A DNA stretch of 64,000 nucleotides from Ignisphaera sp. (GCA_038889075.1 JAWAHS010000005.1:14018-78017); one strand, 5' to 3'. Shown: positions 30,328 through 41,191, counted from the stretch's first letter. A program made the numbers and translations. Notes: generated by a model not told the origin, from the letters alone.

Positions 30328-31827
30328 TCAGAGAACATGTGTATTTAAAGCTCTCCGAAATCTTAAGTACTTTTCATACACCTTCGGAAGGCTGGCTTGT
30401 AGATGTTCATCTGGTTCTACAGTTTGATCCAACACAATGAAATTGTTGATAGCTTCTTCAAATGATCTGTGCATTCCAATACCAACTGTTGATAGAATTG
30501 CTGCACCTATAGAAGCATCGTGGTACTTCACAGTCTCGACTCTCGCATTTAGAAGCGATGCTATCATCCTCCTTATCAATGTGCTTTTCGAACCTCCACC
30601 TACTAGTCTTATCCTATCTATGGCTAGCCCAAGTTTTTGGGAAACGATATCAACAGTTTCCCTAGTGGCACATGCAAGCCCTTGGAGAAGAGCTAGCATA
30701 AGGTGGATCTTGGTATGCATACTTCCAATTCCAGCAAAAACGCCAAGGAAACTCGCTGGATCTTCAAAAAGCTTTATGTTTGGAATGAATACGAGTTCCT
30801 CCATTTCATTCTCTACTCTCTCAATGTCTGTTAAAAGCATGTTCTCTATATATGCATAGGGGTCGAGCCCCTTAGATTCAGCATACTCTAGTTCTCTATT
30901 GTAGAATGTTTTTAAAAACCATCTATGTGGTATACCAAAGGGAAACATCCTTTGAATGACCCATCGACCTGGTTCTACGTGAGCAAATATGTAGTACCTT
31001 TTTCCATCGGGAATGTACCTGTCTAGAATTAGTGAAAATACTCCTGCAGTGCCTAATCTAATTAGACTATCAGATTCCCTTGAAAGTCCAGCTGCAAGCA
31101 CATCTGCAACACCATCTGCACAACCTATGGTAACCGGTATACCCTCCGGTAACCCGGTTTGTTTAGCAATGTTTTCTGTAGTATAGCCTATAATCTTATA
31201 CGAGGTGACTATCTCTGGAAGCTTCCTCAACTCTATACCAAATACCCTCTCCACGTAATCCGCCCATCCAAAGGTTTTACTGTTAAACATCATGGTTACA
31301 GAGGCATCGGAAGGATCTGTCGCTACAGTATTTGTTAACCACATTCTTACGTAATCCTTTGGCTGAAGTACATATCGGGTACTACTCCATACCTCAGATT
31401 CGTTTTCTTTAATCCAAAGAAGTTTAACTAATGTAATGAGGGGTGTTACGGGAAGTGTAGGGGTAATACCCTCTACATCTAGAGATCTAAGAATTAGAGG
31501 TATGTACTCCACCCCTCTTCCATCCATCCACAGTATACATGGTCTTAGGGGCTTCATTTTCTCATCTATGAGAATAGGGCTGTTGGATATACCATCTAGC
31601 CCTATACCCTCTACACGATTAGCGGGAACCTTTTTAAGAATATCATGGATGACCGTTGTAAAGGCATCTACAAATGTATTTGGATCCAGCTCAAACCATC
31701 CAGGTCTAGGAGATGTAGGGCTATACATTGCCTGGGATTGGGTAAGCATCCTACCCTCAGAATCTATGGCAATAGCCTTACATGCAGAAGTTCCGATATC
31801 TACACCAATAACAACATCCTGGTGCAA
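30328..31827 (-). CDS. FGGY-family sugar kinase (xylulokinase-like)
   Basis: 'GVDIGTS', 'ILWMDGR', 'KLLWIKENE', 'TDPSDAS', 'VGGGSKS'. Confidence 0.9.
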   Translation of the reverse strand: MHQDVVIGVDIGTSACKAIAIDSEGRMLTQSQAMYSPTSPRPGWFELDPNTFVDAFTTVIHDILKKVPANRVEGIGLDGISNSPILIDEKMKPLRPCILWMDGRGVEYIPLILRSLDVEGITPTLPVTPLITLVKLLWIKENESEVWSSTRYVLQPKDYVRMWLTNTVATDPSDASVTMMFNSKTFGWADYVERVFGIELRKLPEIVTSYKIIGYTTENIAKQTGLPEGIPVTIGCADGVADVLAAGLSRESDSLIRLGTAGVFSLILDRYIPDGKRYYIFAHVEPGRWVIQRMFPFGIPHRWFLKTFYNRELEYAESKGLDPYAYIENMLLTDIERVENEMEELVFIPNIKLFEDPASFLGVFAGIGSMHTKIHLMLALLQGLACATRETVDIVSQKLGLAIDRIRLVGGGSKSTLIRRMIASLLNARVETVKYHDASIGAAILSTVGIGMHRSFEEAINNFIVLDQTVEPDEHLQASLPKVYEKYLRFRRALNTHVL

Positions 31828-32455
31828 AATTGTCCACCTCTATTACAGTCTTTACAGTATAGGTATACTTATCACCTCCATTTATTTACATCTCAAATGT
31901 TTTGCATCTCCAGATGTGCTATCGGATGTAAAATTGGTGCGTGAAAAGGTGATCTAACTACCTAATTCAAAACTACATCAATCACATACCGTGTACAACC
32001 TTATATGCATCCAATAAACTGGTAAGAGAAACCCACTCCCTAAGAGCTGTTATTATAATTCTACAATCTACCATTAATATTGGAGGTATCGTTGAGAATT
32101 ATTTGAAGTAAGCTACCCGGAGTTGAGGAACAGTGAAAATTGTAGAGGAAACACTCATCAAATTGAGGTATAAGTCTTGTTTATTAGAAGAACAGTTCAA
32201 GCGCTACTCATGAAGTAGTGTACCATCTATGCCAAGTCTTATTGGCTAGGATATTTATAGTCGAATCCGATGTGCTAGCGAACAGACACACGAACATCGT
32301 TGTTACATCGATAAGCAATTGATATAAATGATACAGTGGTTTAACCAAATGCAGAGAAAGCTGTACTTGGATGCAAGGTAATTCCGAAAGTATGCATATT
32401 TTTCATAGAATGCAATTCTAACTATTATTTAGGAAACAGCTCTACTACACTTTAT

Positions 32456-33739
32456 TTATCTCGGCTGTTCTGTATCGTTGTAGTGTTCTATCAGTAGTTT
32501 TAATGCATATCGTATTATCTCTGTGTGGTTTAAGCCTAGCGTTTTTGATGTTTTGCCTAGGAGTATCGCCAGTTCTTTGGGTATCTCTATAGCTATACTG
32601 TTCTCTTCTCCATAGCTAGTGAAGGTTGCTATCTCATTAGCTACATCTTTAAGTTTCTCGATGTCAAAGCCTATACCATCGAATATTTCAATGCTGTTAT
32701 CCTCTAAGTATCCTCTGATCTCTCCAGGTATACTGCTCTTCGATACGAGTATCATTCTATCCGGTCTATAGGTTGCTCTATATAGCATTACAAGTTGATA
32801 CTCCTTTACTCTAAATGAGGGTTCTCTAGCTCTAACAGATCTGGATTCCTCAATAGCTTCAACAATGTGATGAAGATCTGCTATCCTAATTAGCTCCTCT
32901 CTTAGTCTTTGCCACCATCTAAGTCTCCACTCCTCAGCTGTAAACGATTTTTTGAAGTAGCCTTTCAAATCCCTTACCCTAAGATACCAGTCATCGAGTT
33001 CCTTAAACTCCACTACGATATTTGGTCTTTTTATTGGTGGTGATGAACCTAGATCCACAATATCAAGAACCCTCCCACCATATACCATTAGATCAGGTCT
33101 CAAAGCTGTATAGAAGCTCCACACCTTTTGAAGATCCGATGTATCCTCCCAGCTTAGAGGTCTCGGAGCTTCGTAGAAGAAACTCAGATACCCTCTCTCA
33201 AGGTTTAGTAGAACAACATTTGGTGGGATAACTCCTAGCCTTTGCTTGCCACTTCTATCAAAGCTTACAAATCTATGCTCTGGATATACTAGGTGATACC
33301 CCATGTTGCTTAAGTGGAGGAGTGTTCCTGCAAATCCCCATAGCTGGTAGCAACTTCTAGCATTAGTTCTCAGAGACGTCGTTAGGGCAGCTAGAGACTT
33401 CTTTAAAAGATCCTCATAACCCAGTCTACCGCTTAGATAATCATTAACATAATTGAAGAGCTTCTTCTTCATATGGTCTAAAGGGCTTGCCGTGAACGAG
33501 GCAAGCTCCTTAGGTAGTGTAAAGCCCTTAATGCCAAACCTCTCCTGTAGAGAATCCAGAACCTCCTTAACATAATCAAGCCACCTAGAGATCTCGCTAA
33601 CATTATTGCCAACGAGGTGGAGAACAAGTTTTCTCTTAGCCTCATCAAGGAGTCTAATACCATCAACATCTAGATGCCCACCGGAAGAGATAAAACAGTT
33701 CTTCACATATTCAAAGAGACTCTGGATATCACCAGACAT
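32456..33739 (-). CDS. hypothetical protein with PD-(D/E)XK-like motif and C-terminal ribbon-helix-helix-like segment
   Basis: 'LRPDLMVY...IVVEFKE'; C-terminal 'IAIEIPKELAILLGKTSKTLGLNHTEIIRYALKLL'. Confidence 0.55.
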   Translation of the reverse strand: MSGDIQSLFEYVKNCFISSGGHLDVDGIRLLDEAKRKLVLHLVGNNVSEISRWLDYVKEVLDSLQERFGIKGFTLPKELASFTASPLDHMKKKLFNYVNDYLSGRLGYEDLLKKSLAALTTSLRTNARSCYQLWGFAGTLLHLSNMGYHLVYPEHRFVSFDRSGKQRLGVIPPNVVLLNLERGYLSFFYEAPRPLSWEDTSDLQKVWSFYTALRPDLMVYGGRVLDIVDLGSSPPIKRPNIVVEFKELDDWYLRVRDLKGYFKKSFTAEEWRLRWWQRLREELIRIADLHHIVEAIEESRSVRAREPSFRVKEYQLVMLYRATYRPDRMILVSKSSIPGEIRGYLEDNSIEIFDGIGFDIEKLKDVANEIATFTSYGEENSIAIEIPKELAILLGKTSKTLGLNHTEIIRYALKLLIEHYNDTEQPR

Positions 33740-33958
33740 TGTGCAACACCTATGCTATATCACAGATGCTGTTATCCCACAAAAAATCTTACTACACCTA
33801 GCTATTCTCTGATACACTATCCTATGAAGAGAATTGGAAACCTCCGCACCTTTGAATCATCTAATTACATACACTCCACAGGTTAGCAATATCTGGCTAT
33901 GAAATATTACACTAAAAATACCGGGTATCTATATCATGTTTAAATAGAACTGAGGTTA

Positions 33959-34864
33959 ATGGTTATGGAGTACAGGTATATAATAGTGTTGGGTATAGCT
34001 CTGTTATCTGTATCAGCTATCATCCTCTATGCCACATACCCTACACGCCCCATAATTAGGGTAAGAATAGCAACCACAACTTCTCTCTATGCAACTGGTC
34101 TCCTAGAGTATATATCTAGTAGATTCACAGAGGTACATCGAAATATAGAGCTACAGTTCATAGCTGTTGGTTCTGGAGCAGCTCTTAGATATGCTGAGCG
34201 TGGAGATGTCTGTGCTATCCTAATTCATGAACCCGGTCTGGAAAAGCTGTATATTGAGAGAGGAGCTATTGAAGGTCAGAGGATACTTGCATATAGCTTC
34301 TTCGTTATAGTTGGTCCAGAAAATGATCCGGCTAACGTATCGAGCGCTCTAGATGTTGTGGATGCATTTAGGAGAGTGTATAGAGTTGCTGAGGAAGGAT
34401 TGATAAGGTTTATTAGCAGAGCTGATAACTCTGGTACTCACAATAGAGAAATGAAGATATGGAATCTCATCGGAGTCTCTCCCCGAGATAAGCCATGGTA
34501 TATAGAATGCGGATGTGGTATGGATCAAGCACTTATTATGGCTAGCGAATTCAAGGGCTATACTCTATCCGATGTAGGAACCTATACGGTACTAAAAGCA
34601 AAGGGTAGGATACAGAATGTGAAAATACTCTATGGTAACGCAAGCGATGATTTAATGCTAAATATATACAGTGGTTATCTAGCCAGTGGTTGTAGAGGCA
34701 CTGAGAGAATGTATGCTGAACTGTTTCTAGATTTCATATACAGCGATCCAGATATAGTGAATAGCTTTGGTGTAGAGGAGTATGGAGTAAGGCTGTTCTA
34801 CCATTCAAGACATTACGAAGGTAGTATTTTGGATGCATGGAATAGACTAGCATTGAGTGGATAA
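33959..34864 (+). CDS. tupA: tungstate ABC transporter substrate-binding protein
   Basis: 'ATTTSLYATGLL', 'VGSGAAL', 'FISRADNSGTH', 'YTLSD.GT'. Confidence 0.88.
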   Translation: MVMEYRYIIVLGIALLSVSAIILYATYPTRPIIRVRIATTTSLYATGLLEYISSRFTEVHRNIELQFIAVGSGAALRYAERGDVCAILIHEPGLEKLYIERGAIEGQRILAYSFFVIVGPENDPANVSSALDVVDAFRRVYRVAEEGLIRFISRADNSGTHNREMKIWNLIGVSPRDKPWYIECGCGMDQALIMASEFKGYTLSDVGTYTVLKAKGRIQNVKILYGNASDDLMLNIYSGYLASGCRGTERMYAELFLDFIYSDPDIVNSFGVEEYGVRLFYHSRHYEGSILDAWNRLALSG

Positions 34865-34867
34865 CAG

Positions 34868-35506
34868 ATGTCTGAGGTATTTGATACAATAGTAAGATCT
34901 ATTATTGTATCCGGTATAGCAACCGCTTTAGCTTCTCTATGGAGCATCCCGCTAACCTATCTACTGGTACTTAGAAATAGAAGAGCCATGGTTATGGAAG
35001 TCATTATTGAAACATTGGTCGGCATACCAACCGTTCTCCTAGGCCTTCTACTCTACATGCTTCTCAGCTCATCTGGACCCCTGGGATTTTTAAACCTCCT
35101 CTACACCCCACAGGCTATGATCATCGGTGAATCTATTCTCATAACACCACTAATTATATCCGTAAGCTATAGATCAATTAGAGATATGGCAAAACTATAC
35201 CACGAATTAGCGCTATCTATAGGTGCAGATAGGTTTCAGAGGATAAGGCTTATCATTGGCCAGTCACTACCAGGAGTTGTAGCAGCATGTATTACAGGCT
35301 TCTCAAGAGCTATAGGCGAGCTTGGAATAGCTATGATGATTGGAGGAAACATCAGAGGCTATACAAGGGTCATGACAACAGCTATAGCATTGGAGGTCGC
35401 AAAGGGGAACTTTGAAGAGGCCATAACTCTAGGTATAGCCCTGCTAGCTATAACAATATCTATCTCTATAGCTATAAAGCTTCTATCTAGGGTTCGCATA
35501 ACATGA
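34868..35506 (+). CDS. tupB: tungstate ABC transporter permease
   Basis: 'SGPLG...LLYTPQAM', 'FSRAIGELG..MMIGGNIRGYTRVMTTAI'. Confidence 0.88.
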   Translation: MSEVFDTIVRSIIVSGIATALASLWSIPLTYLLVLRNRRAMVMEVIIETLVGIPTVLLGLLLYMLLSSSGPLGFLNLLYTPQAMIIGESILITPLIISVSYRSIRDMAKLYHELALSIGADRFQRIRLIIGQSLPGVVAACITGFSRAIGELGIAMMIGGNIRGYTRVMTTAIALEVAKGNFEEAITLGIALLAITISISIAIKLLSRVRIT

Positions 35507-36174
35507 ATATAGAGCTTGTGAATGTCTGGTACAGATACAGTAGAGTAGAAGATTGGGCATTGAGAGGAATATCGATATCATTTAGAAGTGGCGAGGTGAT
35601 CTATATCGATGGTCCCAATGGAAGTGGTAAAACAACACTTCTTAAAATAGCCTCACTAATATATAGACCACTACAAGGTTCCGTTCTCGTTGATGGAAAT
35701 AATTTTTGGAATCTAGATGAGAATAGTAAAACCCTAATCAGAAGGAAAGTGATATACGTTCATGATAAGCCAATACTATTGAGGGGTACTGTACTCGATA
35801 ACGTTGCCTACGGATTACATATCAGAGGAGTTGACAGAGGAAGCGCCTTTGATACGTCAATGAGTATTCTATCAGTACTTGGCATAGATAGCCTAGCCCA
35901 TACACCAATACAAAGACTCTCCACAGGCCAAGCCCAGCTGGTTGCAATAGCTCGAGCACTGGCTATCAAACCAGAGATTCTCTTTCTCGATGAACCATTC
36001 TCAAATCTTGATAGAGAGAAACGACTAGCACTTATTAGTACACTAAATCAATTCCGCGCTAGAGGTATGGGTATAGTATTCTCCTCACACAATGCAGACG
36101 TAATGGAGCTGGGTAAGCATAGAAGAGTTGTACTAGGGGGTGGTACAATAATCGATGCATATGAAGTTGTGTAG
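35503..36174 (+). CDS. tupC: tungstate ABC transporter ATPase
   Basis: GPNGSGKT, LSTGQ, 'FLDEP'; 4-nt overlap with tupB. Confidence 0.8.
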   Translation: MNIELVNVWYRYSRVEDWALRGISISFRSGEVIYIDGPNGSGKTTLLKIASLIYRPLQGSVLVDGNNFWNLDENSKTLIRRKVIYVHDKPILLRGTVLDNVAYGLHIRGVDRGSAFDTSMSILSVLGIDSLAHTPIQRLSTGQAQLVAIARALAIKPEILFLDEPFSNLDREKRLALISTLNQFRARGMGIVFSSHNADVMELGKHRRVVLGGGTIIDAYEVV

Positions 36175-36296
36175 ACGCCTGTATAAAAGGTAGACCTCTA
36201 CCCCTTTACCGCTTTTCACAGAATTATGTATATATCGAAATAGATATTAAGATTTAAAAAGTTGGTTGGACTAGATATTATCTAAAATACTATGAC

Positions 36297-37505
36297 TTAC
36301 ACTCTTGCTGGAGGTTTTAGTACCAGTACTAGTATTACTGCAGCTATCAGATATGCAGGTGCGATCATTAACCACACATAGCTCCATCCAGCACTCTCCA
36401 GTATTATACCAGCAAGTGGTGGTGTGAGTATCCATGGGACGTGTCCTACTGCTGTTACAAATCCTGCTGCAGTTCCTGCAACCTCTCTTGGGAAGTACTC
36501 TGCAACTAGTGTTGAAATGAGTGCTACGAATTGCCCAAAGAATGATATTGCAGCGAGCAGTGCGGCAACACCTATGGTGGGTAGTCCCTTAGAGTAGAAC
36601 GCTAGTATTATCCATAGCACAGTTCCTATAAGGAAGTTCAGCGCTACATAGTTCTTTCTAAACATGATCTTTCTTGCCGATAAGAGATCTGCTAGAGGTA
36701 CGGCAGTATAGAGAGCCACTACTCCAGCTATCTGATATACACTCCATAACCAGCCTGCTGTTACCGGATCATAACCGAGACCCTGTCTAAGATACATAAC
36801 CATATAGCTTACAATTAGTGATGCGCCTATTACAAATAGAGCAAACACTACAAATAGTATCCATAGTACTCTATATTTAAATAGTTCTACCATGCGCACC
36901 TTCTTAACTGCAGCACCTGGTGCTGCTCCCTCCTTTTTATCTCTTGTTAATGCAAAGGCCACTAAGCCTAGAACGATACATGCAATGCCGAAATATATCC
37001 ATGGAGCTCTCCAACCGATCGATACAACCATAGCACCTATTACAGGTCCTAGAATTAGAGCAGCTACTCTAAATCCTGTATTCATATATGTTGTTGCAGT
37101 AGCATACAGTTTTGGTGGAAACCATTCTCGAGCAACTCTAGGTATAGCAACATTAATCCATGAGAACAGACCTGCTATGCCAAAGAATGCGATAGCAGCA
37201 TATATAGATGGTGAATAGCCTACTAGCACTGTAAATATACCTACAATAATTGCTGCAAGCGATACTGTGAGTCTAACACCAATTTTATCACATAGTAAAC
37301 CTAGGAGGAATCCGCCAATGATAAGTCCAATGGTATTTGCTGATGACATTAGTGCTGCAACAGCTACAGGGACACCGAATTCCTTAACTATTTCAGGGGC
37401 TGTAAATGGGTATATATAGTGTAGCCATCTCACTGTAAATGCTGCCATAACACCTGTTGCTACCATCCATGGATACCATCTTGGGTATTCACTAGGCTTA
37501 CTCAT
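36297..37505 (-). CDS. MFS transporter
   Basis: About 12 hydrophobic segments; motif A 'GLLCDKIGVR'; 'GWRAPW'. Confidence 0.9.
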   Translation of the reverse strand: MSKPSEYPRWYPWMVATGVMAAFTVRWLHYIYPFTAPEIVKEFGVPVAVAALMSSANTIGLIIGGFLLGLLCDKIGVRLTVSLAAIIVGIFTVLVGYSPSIYAAIAFFGIAGLFSWINVAIPRVAREWFPPKLYATATTYMNTGFRVAALILGPVIGAMVVSIGWRAPWIYFGIACIVLGLVAFALTRDKKEGAAPGAAVKKVRMVELFKYRVLWILFVVFALFVIGASLIVSYMVMYLRQGLGYDPVTAGWLWSVYQIAGVVALYTAVPLADLLSARKIMFRKNYVALNFLIGTVLWIILAFYSKGLPTIGVAALLAAISFFGQFVALISTLVAEYFPREVAGTAAGFVTAVGHVPWILTPPLAGIILESAGWSYVWLMIAPAYLIAAVILVLVLKPPARV

Positions 37506-37554
37506 ATATGAAATCCCCTACTTTTTCCCATCCATAGGTACCTCTTTTAAGCTT

Positions 37555-38838
37555 TCAATAGCTACCGTATTTTAATACTGAATTGATATACGCTCTCATA
37601 TTCTCTACCGGAATCCCCGGAGGCTGTTCAGAGACTCCTGGAGATATTATGAATCCTCCTTCAGGTTTTATCTGGCTAAGGAGATCCTTGATATATTCTT
37701 CGATTTTCTCAGGAGTTCCGTGTAGTAGTAGATTCGTTGGCATGCCTCCCATAACGGCTGTATGTCCCTTTAGCTTCTCCCAAACCTTTACAAAGTCCCT
37801 TGGTTTCTCAAAGTATGCTATACCCCAGCCCTTTGGAAGCTCTAGTATTGTATCCACATGTGGTGAATGGTCACCCTCAAAGAATACGTATCCCTTATAG
37901 CCTTTTCCAACTAGTGTCTCGATAACCTTCTTTAGATATGGCCAGTAGAATTCGCTATAGAGCTTCGGTGGCAGCATCTCATTCAAATGCAGAGGTATGA
38001 AGAAGAACGTCAGTGGTGGTGCTGGTGGTACAGCCGAGGCAACCTTAATTGTTGGTTCTACCAAAACTTCACATGCAGCCTTAAAGTCGTCTGGATACCT
38101 CCTCATATCGAGCATAGCTCCTGTTAGGTGTCGAAGGAAGTCCCCAATAATATCAGCAGGAGCGTAGGCATTTAATGTTGGTATAGCTGGAATACCTATT
38201 TTACTAAGTGCTGAGGATACACCTCTAGCAAACATCATGATCCTTTGGAGTACCAGACCTATTCTAACCATTGAACCATTCCATTGTGGAGATCCAGGTG
38301 CTCCAAGACCTGGACAGGCTCTTGGAAGTATAACATCAAATACAAATTTAATTGGATCATCAATAAGCATTCTATATTCGTTAGGATTCATAAATTCTCC
38401 TCCAAGAAACTGCGGATGCTGGTCAGCTCTAAGTTCCCTACCAGGCCATTTACTCCATTTATCCTTCAAAACATCGTGTAGAGGTCCCCAGAGGAATCTG
38501 ATAGTATTTGAAAATTCTGGAAATTCCGAAAATGCTAATGCCAACAGAAAGCCTTCAAGACCATATGGAGCTCTTGTTACACCAAAATCCGTTGGAAACT
38601 TGCTGTAGAAGTCTACAATAGCATTTATAGTTTTATCTGTTAACTCATATGAAACATCATACCATGTAAGGTTTGAATATGCAAGAACAACGTCACCTCT
38701 AAAGCCTGCTATAGGCACTCTTGAAGGAGTTTTTAGTTCAACTGTCTTTACCATCATATCAAGTCTTTCTTTTGCCACCACTTCCGGTTCTTTTTTCTGC
38801 CTCTCTATCAGTTCATCTATTTGTTCTTTTTGTTTCAT
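37555..38838 (-). CDS. UroD/MtaA-fold protein, probable corrinoid-dependent methyltransferase
   Basis: 'RVPI', 'YSEFYWPYLKK', 'LLHGTPEKIEEYIKDLL...GGFIISPG'; 9 nt downstream of the corrinoid protein. Confidence 0.8.
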   Translation of the reverse strand: MKQKEQIDELIERQKKEPEVVAKERLDMMVKTVELKTPSRVPIAGFRGDVVLAYSNLTWYDVSYELTDKTINAIVDFYSKFPTDFGVTRAPYGLEGFLLALAFSEFPEFSNTIRFLWGPLHDVLKDKWSKWPGRELRADQHPQFLGGEFMNPNEYRMLIDDPIKFVFDVILPRACPGLGAPGSPQWNGSMVRIGLVLQRIMMFARGVSSALSKIGIPAIPTLNAYAPADIIGDFLRHLTGAMLDMRRYPDDFKAACEVLVEPTIKVASAVPPAPPLTFFFIPLHLNEMLPPKLYSEFYWPYLKKVIETLVGKGYKGYVFFEGDHSPHVDTILELPKGWGIAYFEKPRDFVKVWEKLKGHTAVMGGMPTNLLLHGTPEKIEEYIKDLLSQIKPEGGFIISPGVSEQPPGIPVENMRAYINSVLKYGSY

Positions 38839-38847
38839 GGTTTTATT

Positions 38848-39489
38848 TCACCTTTTTTTCTCCTCTATCCATTTTAGCATTGTTTTTACTCCATGTGCTG
38901 CATCGTTTGTCCATGCATCTGCTTCTATGTATTGGCATGCGTATTGATCTACTCTACCACCACCTATGATAATCTTAACTTTTTCTCTTAGCCCTGCTTC
39001 TTTTATTGCATCTACTGTTTTCTTCATCGATTCTATTGCTAGTGTTAGTAGTCCTGACATTCCAACTATATCGGGGCTGTACTGCTTTATAGCCTCTACA
39101 AACTTCTGTGGAGGTACATCAACACCGAGATCTATAACCTCAAAACCAGCAGCCTCAGCCATAGTAACAACAATATTCTTACCAATATCATGAATATCGC
39201 CCTCAACAGTACCAATAAGCAGCCTACCAACAACCTCCCTAGCCCTACCCAAAGCCTTTAGCCTCTCCCTCACTAGCTCTGAAACTGTTTTAAGTATCTC
39301 TCCAGCCATAACGAGATCTGCTATAAAATACTCACCAGCTTCAAACTTAGAACCAATAACCTCAGCAGCCCGCCTAAGATCATCGAGTATAGTAGTCGGA
39401 TCTTCACCAGCCTCTAATAGCTCTTTAGTTAACTCTAGGGCTTTAGCCTCATCAAGACTAGCTATAGCTTCAATTAATTTTTCGTGCAT
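38848..39489 (-). CDS. cobalamin-binding (MtaC/MttC-like) corrinoid protein
   Basis: 'GDIHDIGKN' (DxHxxG), 'MSGLL', 'IIGGG'; cap domain 'GEYFIADL'; start moved to MHEKL. Confidence 0.93.
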   Translation of the reverse strand: MHEKLIEAIASLDEAKALELTKELLEAGEDPTTILDDLRRAAEVIGSKFEAGEYFIADLVMAGEILKTVSELVRERLKALGRAREVVGRLLIGTVEGDIHDIGKNIVVTMAEAAGFEVIDLGVDVPPQKFVEAIKQYSPDIVGMSGLLTLAIESMKKTVDAIKEAGLREKVKIIIGGGRVDQYACQYIEADAWTNDAAHGVKTMLKWIEEKKR

Positions 39490-39928
39490 GGTAGATTCGC
39501 CATAAAAACAATTAAGGGTGGCACTATTTAAGCATTTTTGATACATGCAGCTTGGATAGTGATGTATTGTCATAGCCCGTGGCAACAATTCTTCATAAGC
39601 CTTGAAAGGCATTAAGTCTGATTCTTTGACTATAATTTATAATTGAATGATTATGGATACCGTGATTATCGATTTTAAATACCTCGATATTACTGTATAG
39701 TAATAGTAAAAGTAGCCAACCAAATACTAACTGACAACACTTTCCTATTACCATTAACTATCAACTCTATAGAGCTACCTACATCTAAGATGTATACTGG
39801 TTCAGAATATATTATACATGAAAGTTTTCCATTACTAAATTCTGTTGCGATTTTAACCTTATGTCTACGGTTCCATAGCATTTATGGATGGTTCTTAGCT
39901 AGACATCCTGTGTGTACACTATGCCCCT

Positions 39929-40120
39929 CTATATTTCCTGTCTTATTTTTCTAATGGTGAGAACAATACTTGTTACTGTAATAAGAAACACTACGAATGT
40001 AAGTGTGAATTCTACGCCAAATTCTCCTCTCGGTACATAGTATGCAAAGATTATTATCTCCAGTAAGAGAGCCCAGATTAACATAGTTAGGAAATACCTA
40101 TGTGATGAAACTGTACTCAT
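39929..40120 (-). CDS. small two-TM membrane protein
   Basis: 63 aa from MSTVSSH with two hydrophobic helices. Confidence 0.55.
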   Translation of the reverse strand: MSTVSSHRYFLTMLIWALLLEIIIFAYYVPRGEFGVEFTLTFVVFLITVTSIVLTIRKIRQEI

Positions 40121-40305
40121 TATATATACCCCTTTTATCTTACTGTACCTATTTTCCTTAAAACATAGAGTAGTTTTTAGTGTTCTTGAAGGATAGCTGG
40201 TACCGGGTTTTGGCAATGTTGCTGTGTTTGAATAGCTCTCCACATTCTGTAATCAGTAGGAAACTATTTTTATTAGTGAGTAATTCTGATTTTTGGAGTG
40301 ATATT

Positions 40306-40821
40306 ATGGTACAGATGGAGGAACTTGTAGAAAGAGCTAAAACTTTAGCGGAGGAACTGCATAGGACCTATGGAGGTTGCGCCCAGATGACTCTAAAAGC
40401 TCTTCAGGAGGTTCTAGGTATCGCAGATCTCGGGTCTTTTAAAGCTGCTTCAGCACTCTCTGGTGGAGTAACCCTAGCCGGTGAAGTCTGTGGAGCACTT
40501 CTAGGCGCTGTTATGGCTATTGGACTAGTACTAGGACGTGAAAAACTAGAGCCCACTTCTCAATCTACTAATTATGCTAGAGCCATGGATGCTGGTATTA
40601 AGGTTTTCAATAGATTTAAAGGGGAGTTTGGAGGAGTTAGATGCCGAGATATACATGTAAAACTCTTTGGCAGATACTACAACCTTAGAGATCCTACTGA
40701 ATGGAAAGAATTTATTGAAAGTGGTGCCAGGAATAAGTGTAGTAAGGTATGTGGTATAGCTGCTAAGCTAGCAGTTGAAACCCTTGAATCCATAGACTAC
40801 TTCGGAAAAGAAAGGAGCTAA
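40306..40821 (+). CDS. C_GCAxxG_C_C family putative redox protein
   Basis: 'GGCAQ', 'GEVCGALLG', 'VRCRDI', 'KCSKVC'. Confidence 0.85.
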   Translation: MVQMEELVERAKTLAEELHRTYGGCAQMTLKALQEVLGIADLGSFKAASALSGGVTLAGEVCGALLGAVMAIGLVLGREKLEPTSQSTNYARAMDAGIKVFNRFKGEFGGVRCRDIHVKLFGRYYNLRDPTEWKEFIESGARNKCSKVCGIAAKLAVETLESIDYFGKERS

Positions 40822-41191
40822 GGAGAATTTTAGATGCATCCACCATTGTTTGCCCATTCCTAAGAACAGTAGCAATTAGATTTAATCCAATTAAAATTAA
40901 TTTTAAGAAATGATCTACACTATTATTATAGTAATAGAGGTTTCATACCTACTCCAGAGTGAATTTTTAGCAATATTAATCACTGAGGCGCTTCTTTTAA
41001 TAGGTTGGAGTTCATGAGTAGAAACGAGAATGGGCTCTCTGATAATTTAGATCCTCCATTTGCTTAGCACTACGCTTTAATACAGTTAGGTTGTTATATA
41101 GTGAGTATTTCTTATATTTATGCCCTACTAACTGTATTCTAAACATACCTTAGGTTAATTGCATGTACCCAGCTTTTGCAGGTGACCTATA

